Assembly (NCBI GenBank): GCA_963719225.1
Contig: CAVRAY010000001.1
Span: forward strand, 1,984,001-2,048,000
DNA from: Thermoanaerobaculia bacterium
GTDB taxonomy: Bacteria; Acidobacteriota; Thermoanaerobaculia; UBA5066
DNA: 64,000 bases
Direction: 5' to 3'
Shown in pieces: positions 51,119 through 58,775 of this stretch. How positions within the stretch are numbered: the stretch's first letter is position 1; every line of letters starts with the position of its first letter. Below the pieces are notes generated by a model. It made no database searches. It saw nothing but the letters and a program-made list of their open reading frames with translations, and was not told where the DNA came from. A program made the translations under genes and the position numbers.

Positions 51119-53416
51119 CTAGGTCCTCACTCCGAGCAGGCCCCACGCCGCACCGAGGCCGAAGAAAACGTTCGGAGCCCAGGCCGCGAGGAACGGCGGG
51201 ATCGCCCCCTGCTGCCCGAAGGAGACGAGGAGCGCGGACAGGAAGAGGTACGTGAGGCCGAGGAAGAGCGCGACGCCGACTCCGGCCACGGCGCCGCGCT
51301 TGCCGTACGTGAACGCGAAGGGGAGTCCGATGAGTGTCAGGAGAAGGGCGGACGCGGCCGCCGCGGTCTTCTGGTGGAGACCCGTCGCGAGCGCGGCCGT
51401 GTCGGCGCCGACCTTGCGACGCACGTCGATGAACCGGGACAGTTCGCGAAACGTCATCTGACGCGGGTCCGCACGCCCCGCTGCGAAGCCCGCCGCGGCC
51501 TCTGGAGCTTCGATGAAGAAGGGACCGTCGCGCCGGATGGCCAGCGAGTTGTCCGGCGAGAACGTCCGGATCCAGCCGCGTTCCGCGAGAAGGCCTCTCC
51601 CGGGCGCGAGGCGCGCGAGGGCTGCGTCCTGGCGCGAGACGAGCTTCCAGGTCGCCGGGTCGATTTGAAGCACGGTGACGCCGCTCGCGACGAGCGACAC
51701 GGGGTCGTACGCATCCGCCGCGAGAAAGCGGCCGCCGTCGCCTCGGAACCAGGACCCGCTTGCGCCGCTGACCGGCGGCTTCTGGCCTTTGAGCAGGAAG
51801 CGAATCCGGTCGGACTCGGACGCGGCCGCCGGAACGACACGCTCGGCGAACACGAAAAGCCCTGCTCCCGCGGCGACGGCGAGGACGAGGAGGGGGGCCG
51901 TGATCCGATGAAGGGAAACGCCGTGCGCCAGGAGCGCGGTCGTCTCGGAGGAGCGCACGAGGCTCGCGACCGTCACGAGCGCCGCCACGAGAAACGCGAA
52001 CGGCACGATGTCCAGAATGATCGGCGGGAGAAATGCCTGGTAGTAACGGAGGATGAGCGCGGTCGGAGACCGGTGCCGCGCGATGTCGTCGGAGATCTCG
52101 AGGTAATCGATCAGGACGTAAAGCGTTGCGATCGATACGACGACGAGAGCGAAGATTCCGAGAAACCGCCGGGCGACGTACCGGTCGATGAGGAGAATTC
52201 CCCTGAGGGAAGCGCGCCGCCCTTGGACGCTCGGGACGTCGAGAGAGGGCTGACCCGGGGCGGCGGCGATGGCCGAAACGGCGGGAGCGACCACCGTCGT
52301 GGGAAGCGAGAACACGGCCTTGTCCCGCCGCACGCGTGAGAGCGCGAAAACGCCGAACGCCAGGAGGAGGAGGTTCGGCAGCCACATGGCGAGAGCCGGG
52401 GAGGTGCTTCCCTCGATCGCGCGGGCCTCGCCCGTGGCGAGAAGAGAGTAGTAGAGCAGCACGATCGCGACCGAGACCGCGAACCCTGCAGCCCGCCCGC
52501 CTCGCCGGTTGACGATTCCGAGAGGGAGCCCGATGAGGCCGAAGACGAGGCAGGCCGCGGGCAACGCGAACTTCTTGTGGACCTCGGTGAGCGCGAGCCT
52601 GCGGTCCTCGGGCCGCCGGGTGCTCGCCGCGGCTCGCTCCAGGAGCTCGCGGAGCGTCTGCTCGCGAATCTGTTTCTCCGTCACGCCGCGCGACGGCCCG
52701 TTGTCCTGCAGCACCATGCGGTGACGCGAGAAGGACGTCACGTCGTATCGGCCGCCGGCGTCCTGCACGTGGTGGGTTTCGGCGTCCTCGACGCTCAGCC
52801 AGAGACGACCCTGGTCCTCCTCCAGCTCGAGCCAGCCTCGCTTCGCGAGCGTCAGCCTTTCACCTTCCGGGCTGGAGCGGTCTGAAATGATGAGGCCCGT
52901 GAGCTCCCGGCGATCGGGCGAAGCCCCCTCGGCGTAGACGCGGAGACCGGCGATTTCCGGGCTGAAGACACCTGGTTGGATCCGCTGGGCGAAGGCGAAG
53001 CTCGAGAGGCGGAGCTTCATCCCGTAGAGCAGGTGGTTTGTCCGCGGGACGACACCGAGCATCAGCGCCAGGGTGGCCGCGCCGATGCCCACGGCCAGGA
53101 AGCCGATCGGCCGGTAGAGGGACAGGAGATCGACGCCCGAAGCGCGGAGCGCCGTCAGCTCGAGGTCCGCCGATAGGCGGCCGATCCCGATCAGGAGGCC
53201 GAGGAGGAAGGCGATGGGCAGCGTGAGGACGATGATGTGAGGGAGCGAGAGGGCGACAACCAGCCCGGCCTCGACGAAAGGTTGCTCGCTCTGTACGAGG
53301 AGCTCCGAGAACTGCACGAGCCCCCGGACGGCCATAAACCCCGTGTAGGCGAGGAAGCCCACGATCGTGGGCGCGAGAACCTCCCGGAAGACATAACGGT
53401 CCAGCAGCCGCCGCAC
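51119..53416 (-). CDS. lptFG: Fused LptF/LptG LPS export permease
   Basis: Two tandem YjgP/YjgQ halves (LLDRYVFRE...WLPN; LIDRYVARR...WAPN). Confidence 0.92.
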   Translation of the reverse strand: MRRLLDRYVFREVLAPTIVGFLAYTGFMAVRGLVQFSELLVQSEQPFVEAGLVVALSLPHIIVLTLPIAFLLGLLIGIGRLSADLELTALRASGVDLLSLYRPIGFLAVGIGAATLALMLGVVPRTNHLLYGMKLRLSSFAFAQRIQPGVFSPEIAGLRVYAEGASPDRRELTGLIISDRSSPEGERLTLAKRGWLELEEDQGRLWLSVEDAETHHVQDAGGRYDVTSFSRHRMVLQDNGPSRGVTEKQIREQTLRELLERAAASTRRPEDRRLALTEVHKKFALPAACLVFGLIGLPLGIVNRRGGRAAGFAVSVAIVLLYYSLLATGEARAIEGSTSPALAMWLPNLLLLAFGVFALSRVRRDKAVFSLPTTVVAPAVSAIAAAPGQPSLDVPSVQGRRASLRGILLIDRYVARRFLGIFALVVVSIATLYVLIDYLEISDDIARHRSPTALILRYYQAFLPPIILDIVPFAFLVAALVTVASLVRSSETTALLAHGVSLHRITAPLLVLAVAAGAGLFVFAERVVPAAASESDRIRFLLKGQKPPVSGASGSWFRGDGGRFLAADAYDPVSLVASGVTVLQIDPATWKLVSRQDAALARLAPGRGLLAERGWIRTFSPDNSLAIRRDGPFFIEAPEAAAGFAAGRADPRQMTFRELSRFIDVRRKVGADTAALATGLHQKTAAAASALLLTLIGLPFAFTYGKRGAVAGVGVALFLGLTYLFLSALLVSFGQQGAIPPFLAAWAPNVFFGLGAAWGLLGVRT

Positions 53417-53440
53417 GGAAGAGATGGTAAGGCGAAGGAG

Positions 53441-53458
53441 AAGATTCTCTTAGAAGGG
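53441..53458 (-). repeat. TTCTAAG-core motif, dif-left pair, copy A
   Basis: Reverse complement CCCTTCTAAGAGAATCTT. Confidence 0.85.
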
Positions 53459-53511
53459 AATATGGCGGGCGAGCGCAGTCCGGATGGCGAGCCTGGTGCG
53501 GGCGGCCCAGG

Positions 53512-53527
53512 CACCTTCTAAGGAATC
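53512..53527 (+). repeat. TTCTAAG-core motif, dif-left pair, copy B
   Basis: CACCTTCTAAGGAATC. Confidence 0.85.
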
Positions 53528-53567
53528 CCCGGTGCTCGTTTCGGTCGGATTCCCACGCCAATGTACA

Positions 53568-53595
53568 ACGTCCGATAATATTTATTATGTTAAAT
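53568..53595 (+). other. dif: dif site (XerC/XerD chromosome dimer resolution)
   Basis: ACGTCCGATAA-TATTTA-TTATGTTAAAT: 11-6-11 layout, XerD arm identical to E. coli dif; intergenic AT-rich island at the gene-orientation convergence. Confidence 0.93.
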
Positions 53596-53690
53596 ATTAG
53601 ATGACCCTTGCCTAATGAAATAAGGCGACCCTCGCGGGCCCGCACTTCCCTGCGCACGCCGACAAAAATCGATGCGCAAGACGTGAGGGA

Positions 53691-53707
53691 GTATTTCTTA
53701 GAAGGTG
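53691..53707 (-). repeat. TTCTAAG-core motif, dif-right pair, copy A
   Basis: Reverse complement CACCTTCTAAGAAATAC. Confidence 0.85.
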
Positions 53708-53766
53708 AATGAGTAGGAAGGCTCTGGGGATCTCGCAGAGCGCTTCGGTGTGCGGGGGCTCCACGT

Positions 53767-53784
53767 ACCCTTCTAAGAGATCTT
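53767..53784 (+). repeat. TTCTAAG-core motif, dif-right pair, copy B
   Basis: ACCCTTCTAAGAGATCTT. Confidence 0.85.
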
Positions 53785-53864
53785 TTGCGGCGGTTCAGGA
53801 CGCTCCGGCCGAGCAGCTGGAGTCCAGCCTCGAAGCTGGGAGGGTGTTACTCCGAGAGCAAGAA

Positions 53865-54770
53865 CTATTTCTTCGCCTTGACCGCTTTCGCCTTCACAAA
53901 GCGACCCTGCGTCTCGAGGTCGATATCTCCCGCTTCGATCCGCCGTGCGAGATCGCGGATCGCCTCGAGGATTTCATCCTTCTTGTGGAGGCGGCCCTTG
54001 AGGACGAGGCTCACCTTGTAGCGCTTGTCCTCCGGAGCAAAGTCGAGCGTGTACGCTCTCTTCAGTCCGCCCAGCTTCGAGCTGGTGCCGCGTCGCGCGT
54101 CCTTCTTCACTTCGCGCAGGACGTCGCGGCTCAGCGTGTCGCCGTTCGCCAGCGCCATGACGGCGGCGAGCATGAGGTCTTCGTCCTTCAGTCTTCCAAG
54201 CTCGAGCAGGAACGATCTTGACCCGATGTCGGCACGCCGACATTCGGCCTGAACGCGCTCGGGAAGCCTCGCAATCGACAAGGCTTCCGTGATCGTCACG
54301 CGCGACTTCCCCACGGCATCCGCGATCTGCTCGTGCGTGTAACCGTGGCGCTCCTGTAGAGCCTTGTAGCCGTCCGCTTCCTCGAACGGGCTCAGGTCCT
54401 TGCGCTGGAGATTCTCGACGAGCGCGATCTCGAGCAGCTCGTTGTCGGCAACGTCCATCTCGATGCAGGGAATCTCCGAGAGACCCGCTTCGAGGGACGC
54501 GCGAAAGCGCCTCTCTCCCGAGATGATCGTGAAGCGCCCGTCTCCCCGTGGACGCACGAGAATCGGCTCGAGGACGCCCTTGTCCAGGATGGATTTCGTT
54601 AGGTCGGCGAGGTCGCCCATAGCGCTTCGAGGCTGATCGGGATTTGCCTCGATGAGATGGATCGGGATACGACGACCGACCGGCAGTTCGTCGGCGCGGA
54701 CGAGCTGCTCGACGAAATGCGAGTCGTGGCGCATGCGCGAAGTCTCGGGAAGGCCGCGGCGTTTAGACAC
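53865..54770 (-). CDS. parB: ParB/Spo0J-family CTPase with atypical DNA-binding region
   Basis: NPDQPR, GVLEPILVR, ISGERRFRA, ALVENLQRKDL; HTH 'THEQIADAVGKSRVTITEAL'. Confidence 0.92.
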   Translation of the reverse strand: MSKRRGLPETSRMRHDSHFVEQLVRADELPVGRRIPIHLIEANPDQPRSAMGDLADLTKSILDKGVLEPILVRPRGDGRFTIISGERRFRASLEAGLSEIPCIEMDVADNELLEIALVENLQRKDLSPFEEADGYKALQERHGYTHEQIADAVGKSRVTITEALSIARLPERVQAECRRADIGSRSFLLELGRLKDEDLMLAAVMALANGDTLSRDVLREVKKDARRGTSSKLGGLKRAYTLDFAPEDKRYKVSLVLKGRLHKKDEILEAIRDLARRIEAGDIDLETQGRFVKAKAVKAKK

Positions 54771-55524
54771 GAGAGAGGATCTCCTCCGTCAGGCTGTAGT
54801 ACTCGAGCGCGCCTGACGAGCGCGGAGCGAATGTGAAGATGGATTCCCGATACGCCGGCGATTCCTCCAGCCGGATGGACTTCGAGATCGTCGTCTTGAA
54901 GAGCTTTCCCTTGAAGACCTCGTTGATCTGGCTCTGAATGTCCTTGCCGAGCGTCGTCCGCTTGTCGTGAAGCGTGATCACGACACCCAGGATCTGGAGA
55001 TTCGGATTCGGCCGGCTCTTGATCTTCTCGATCGTCTCGAGGAGATCATCGGTCCCTTCGAGCGCGAAGTACGAAGACTGAATCGGAATCAGGATGTGCG
55101 TCGAGGCGACGAGGGCGTTCACCGTGATCATGCCGAGCGTGGGCGGCGTGTCGATGAGGATCGCGTCGTATTCGCCCGACTCGCGCACGACCTGGAGCTT
55201 GTCCTTCAGCCGGAAGTGCCCGTCGAGTTCGCCGAGGAGCTTCGACTCCACCTTCGCGAGCGAGATGCGCGCAGGCGCGACCGTCAGCTTCGGGAGGCTC
55301 GTCTGCTTGACGATGTCGAAGAACGATACGCTCGGGTCGGTGAGCACGTCGTACATCGACTTTTCCACGTCCTTGCGATCCACGAAAGACATCGTGGAGT
55401 TGCCCTGGGGATCCAGGTCGATGAGCAGCGTCCGGAGACCTTTTTGCGCAAGAGCCGCTGCGAGATTGATCGCGGTGGTGGTCTTCCCCACTCCGCCCTT
55501 CTGATTTGCAACGGTGATGATCAT
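54763..55524 (-). CDS. parA: ParA/Soj-family ATPase
   Basis: NQKGGVGKTTT deviant Walker A, IDLDPQGN, IDTPPTLG. Confidence 0.95.
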   Translation of the reverse strand: MIITVANQKGGVGKTTTAINLAAALAQKGLRTLLIDLDPQGNSTMSFVDRKDVEKSMYDVLTDPSVSFFDIVKQTSLPKLTVAPARISLAKVESKLLGELDGHFRLKDKLQVVRESGEYDAILIDTPPTLGMITVNALVASTHILIPIQSSYFALEGTDDLLETIEKIKSRPNPNLQILGVVITLHDKRTTLGKDIQSQINEVFKGKLFKTTISKSIRLEESPAYRESIFTFAPRSSGALEYYSLTEEILSRV

Positions 55525-55596
55525 GCGCTGGCGACGCGGATGATACGGAGGGGGCGAGGAGGCATCAAGGACGAAAGGTACGTCCCGCCCGGAAAA

Positions 55597-56082
55597 TCAC
55601 ATCCGGTACTTGCCGAGGGTGTCGGGATCGGCTTCCTCGAGCCACTTCTTGAGACGTTCCGCGTTCTGCGCTTCGGCGGTGTCCTCGCCGCTCCGGCTCA
55701 TCTCGAGAACCGACTCCTCCACGAAGACCGGCGCCTGGAGCCGGAGCGCGAGCGCGATCGCATCCGACGGGCGGCTGTCGACGAGGACGTCCTTGTTCGC
55801 GACGCGGAGGTGAATCTGGGCGTAGAACGTGTTTTCCTTGAGGCTGTTGATCACGACGCGCAACACGTTGCCCTCGATCTGGGTGATGAGGTTCTTCAGG
55901 AGGTCGTGCGTCATCGGCCTCGGCGTCGTCACGCCTTCCATTTGAAGAGCGATGGCATTCGCCTCGAAGACCCCGACCCAGATCGGCAGAAAGTTCTTCT
56001 CCTCGGCGTCCCGCAGGATCACGACCGGCATGTTTGCGATCGGATCGACGATGAGCGCTTTCACATCCATTTTGACGCTCAA
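55597..56082 (-). CDS. Bifunctional nuclease family protein (DUF151)
   Basis: LPIWVGVFEANAI, PRPMTHDL, DSRPSDAIALA; RBS AGGAG 8 nt before TTG. Confidence 0.92.
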   Translation of the reverse strand: MSVKMDVKALIVDPIANMPVVILRDAEEKNFLPIWVGVFEANAIALQMEGVTTPRPMTHDLLKNLITQIEGNVLRVVINSLKENTFYAQIHLRVANKDVLVDSRPSDAIALALRLQAPVFVEESVLEMSRSGEDTAEAQNAERLKKWLEEADPDTLGKYRM

Positions 56083-56117
56083 GGTAGTTTCTCCTGGGAC
56101 TCAATCTAGGGAGGAAT

Positions 56118-56126
56118 TGTGGATAA
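56118..56126 (-). promoter_or_regulatory. Perfect DnaA box
   Basis: TGTGGATAA = reverse complement of TTATCCACA; a second variant box TCATTCACA lies at 56143-56151. Confidence 0.6.
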
Positions 56127-56220
56127 AGCAAGGAAGAGCCCTTCATTCACAGGGCATGATTTGCTATTAAGTGCTTTTAATAGAATGAATTAAAAGAGAT
56201 TTTCAGAAGACGGGAAACCG

Positions 56221-56306
56221 AAGACTTCTTAGAAAGTGCCCGTGCCGGAGTCAGCGCCGGTGGCGAGCGTGCTACGGCCGCGCTCGTAGACCCTTCTAAG
56301 AGGATT
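56221..56306. repeat. TTCTAAG-core motif inverted pair upstream of the DUF151-parAB operon
   Basis: CTTAGAA 56228-56234 (contains the miaB stop) and TTCTAAG 56294-56300. Confidence 0.8.
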
Positions 56307-57662
56307 CTCTTCTCCCTCTTCGACCGCTTCTCTTCTTCCGAGCAAAGAATTCGGAAATCCCCGCTCGATCCGCACGTTCACGAGCGTGCCTGGTTTGAGA
56401 TCCGATTCCCCCGCGATGTTGACGACGCGGTTGCAGCGCGATCGGCCGGAGCTGATGCGCCGTCTTCGATCGAGCCCTTCCACGAGCACCTCGAGAACGC
56501 GACCCTCCATCTCGCCGTTCACCTGCCGCTGGATCTCCTGCTGGATCGACATGAGGCGGGCGAGTCGGGCAGACGCCACACGCGGCGTGACGTCGTGCTC
56601 CCAGCGCAGCGCGGCAGTCTGCGGGCGAGGCGAATACGTGAAAGAGAAGACGCCGGCGAACCTCACCTCTTCGAGGAGCGAGAGCGTGGCGGCAAAGTCT
56701 TCGTCCGTCTCGCCGGGGAACCCCACGATCACGTCGGTCGAAAGCGCCAGGTTGGGGATGGCATCGCGAAGAGACGCCGCGAGGTCGAGGTATTCCGCGC
56801 GCGTGTACTGGCGCTTCATGCGGCGCAGCACCGCGTCGGAGCCGGACTGGACCGGCAGGTGCAGCGCGGGAACGACCACGGGCGTCTCGGCCATCGCGGC
56901 TATGAGGCGCGCGGAGAAATTGCGCGGGTGGGACGTCACGAATCGGAGGCGCCGGAGACCCGGCAGAGCGCCGACCGCGCGCAGCAGGTCGGCGAGATCC
57001 TCCCCGGTCTCGGGGTCGCGGAACGCATTCACGGTTTGTCCGAGAAGCTCGATCTCCAGAGCTCCCTCGTCGATCAGGCGACGGGACTCGTCCACGACGT
57101 CGTTGAGTCGCCGATTACGTTCGCGCCCGCGCGTGCGGGGAACGACGCAGAACGTGCAGTTCTTGTTGCAGCCCTCGATGACGGTGATCGCGGCGCGATA
57201 CGGCACCGAGCGTGCGATCGCGCCGGGGGTGTAGACGACCTCGTCCGGATCGAAGCCTGTCTCGCAAGGTCGGTCTTCCTCTTCTTCGACCCGGCGCAGA
57301 ACCGACGGCAGGGCCTCGATGCGTCCCGTACCGAGCACGAAATCGACCTGCGGCAACCGCTCGAGCAGCTTCTCCCCTTCCTGCTGCGCAACACAGCCGC
57401 AGACGCCGAGCACCGTCTCCGGGCGCTCTCGCTTCAGTTTCGCGAGACGCCCGAGACGGTCGTAGACCTTCTGCTCGGCCTTGTCGCGAACGGAGCACGT
57501 GTTCAGGAGGATCACGGCGGCTTCCTCGGGCGACGCGACTTCCGAGAACCCTTCACGCGCGAGGAGCCCGACGAAACGCCTCCCGTCGAGAACGTTCATC
57601 TGGCAGCCCCAGGTCTCGACGAAGACTTTTCGGGCCGCGCGGCGGAAGGTAGGAACGCTCAC
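56229..57662 (-). CDS. miaB: tRNA-2-methylthio-N6-isopentenyladenosine synthase
   Basis: TWGCQMN, NTCSVRDKAEQK, GCNKNCTFC, HLPVQSGS, TRAM domain. Confidence 0.97.
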   Translation of the reverse strand: MSVPTFRRAARKVFVETWGCQMNVLDGRRFVGLLAREGFSEVASPEEAAVILLNTCSVRDKAEQKVYDRLGRLAKLKRERPETVLGVCGCVAQQEGEKLLERLPQVDFVLGTGRIEALPSVLRRVEEEEDRPCETGFDPDEVVYTPGAIARSVPYRAAITVIEGCNKNCTFCVVPRTRGRERNRRLNDVVDESRRLIDEGALEIELLGQTVNAFRDPETGEDLADLLRAVGALPGLRRLRFVTSHPRNFSARLIAAMAETPVVVPALHLPVQSGSDAVLRRMKRQYTRAEYLDLAASLRDAIPNLALSTDVIVGFPGETDEDFAATLSLLEEVRFAGVFSFTYSPRPQTAALRWEHDVTPRVASARLARLMSIQQEIQRQVNGEMEGRVLEVLVEGLDRRRRISSGRSRCNRVVNIAGESDLKPGTLVNVRIERGFPNSLLGRREAVEEGEENPLRRVYERGRSTLATGADSGTGTF

Positions 57663-57684
57663 ACGGCGAGCTTACAGGCTCTTT

Positions 57685-58395
57685 CTACCTCAACCAACCC
57701 GGAGGGGCGTTCGACCTGCGGGCCTCCTCGGAGAGGTCTTCGAGCCCCTTGCGCGCGTCCTCGAGCTCCTGGCGCGCCTTCGAGAGCTCTTCGCGCGCCT
57801 TGTCCCACGCGGGCTTGACGACGGCGTCGCGCCGGTTGCCGTCGCTCATCGCGTAGAAGTCGTTCTCGAGCTGCTTCGATCTCGTCTCCAGCTCGCGCAC
57901 GCGCAGCTCGCCATTCTGGACGGATGCCTTCGAACGCTCGACGAGGGCTCTCCAGTCGTCTTCGCTTCGGCCCTTGTCGTCGCGAGAGACGTCGGGCGGA
58001 ACCGGCGGCGCTGCGGCCGACGCGGCCTGCTTTCCGGAGGTCTTGGCGGGCGGACTCTTGCCGGCCGCCCCCTTGGGAGTCGGCGCCGGAGCGGCGCCTT
58101 TCCGCAGGGTTTCGTTCGTGATCGTTCCCAGGGATTTCTTGCGCGGCTGGTCCTTGCGCGCTTCCTTCGAGAGCTTCACGACGTCCGCGAGAGAACGCCC
58201 GGCGCCCGCGCTCTGCGTCTTCCCCCCGGACAGAACGGGTGCGACGGGCGTTGGGGCCGGCGTGAGCGACGTCGCGGATGCGGGAGTCGCCTCCGGGGAC
58301 ATCCCCGACAGCGCCGGGTCCTGCGCGACGGCCGCGAGCGCGACCGCACCCAGAATTGCGAGGGAGATCAGCGCCTCTCGCGCGATTCGGGTCAT
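57685..58395 (-). CDS. Hypothetical secreted coiled-coil protein
   Basis: Signal peptide, ITNETL, C-terminal EEARRSNAPPGWLR. Confidence 0.75.
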   Translation of the reverse strand: MTRIAREALISLAILGAVALAAVAQDPALSGMSPEATPASATSLTPAPTPVAPVLSGGKTQSAGAGRSLADVVKLSKEARKDQPRKKSLGTITNETLRKGAAPAPTPKGAAGKSPPAKTSGKQAASAAAPPVPPDVSRDDKGRSEDDWRALVERSKASVQNGELRVRELETRSKQLENDFYAMSDGNRRDAVVKPAWDKAREELSKARQELEDARKGLEDLSEEARRSNAPPGWLR

Positions 58396-58775
58396 GGCGT
58401 CGAGGTTCCTTCCCGCCCGTAGCGGTCGGAGAGCCGGACGACATCGTCGAGCTCCGGCGTCGAGACCTCGACGACGAGACAGTCGGTTTCGCCCGCGTAC
58501 ATCCGGTGCCGCGTCCCGGGGTCGACGTGGAAGGACTCTCCCGGTGCGAGGTGAAGGTCCGCCTTCTCCCCCGCCCATTCGACTTCGAGCCCGAGAGTTC
58601 CTTCGAGGACGTGAACGGTCTCTTCCTTGCGGTTGTGGTACTGGTACGAAAGCGACTCGCCCGCCCGGATGAGGATCAGCTTGCCCGCGTATCGGCCGGT
58701 CTCGGCGAAGATGCGCTCTTCGCCCCAGGGCTTCGCGACGATCCGCGGCCGGCCCGCTCCCAGCTTCCTGCTCAT
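58392..58775 (-). CDS. Cupin domain protein (mannose-6-phosphate isomerase-like)
   Basis: KPWGEE, LSYQYHNRKEET, HRM, EVSTPELDDVVRLSDRYGR. Confidence 0.85.
   Translation of the reverse strand: MSRKLGAGRPRIVAKPWGEERIFAETGRYAGKLILIRAGESLSYQYHNRKEETVHVLEGTLGLEVEWAGEKADLHLAPGESFHVDPGTRHRMYAGETDCLVVEVSTPELDDVVRLSDRYGREGTSTP

Noticed and set aside
53441-53790. CRISPR array or iteron cluster
   Set aside because: Repeats are short (<20 bp), alternate in orientation and are irregularly spaced; no cas or rep genes.
53709-54221. Plus-strand 170-aa ORF and other short ORFs around dif
   Set aside because: Antisense to parB or within the AT-rich intergenic region; no motifs and atypical codon usage.
56160-56187. 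Second Xer-type site (TAA-N6-TTA geometry)
   Set aside because: The arms do not resemble the XerD consensus TTATGTTAAAT; treated as an operator-like inverted repeat.
56100-56215. oriC (DnaA boxes, AT-rich tract, parAB nearby)
   Set aside because: Only one perfect box, no dnaA/dnaN/gidA, genes converge rather than diverge here, and a clear dif site is 2.5 kb away.
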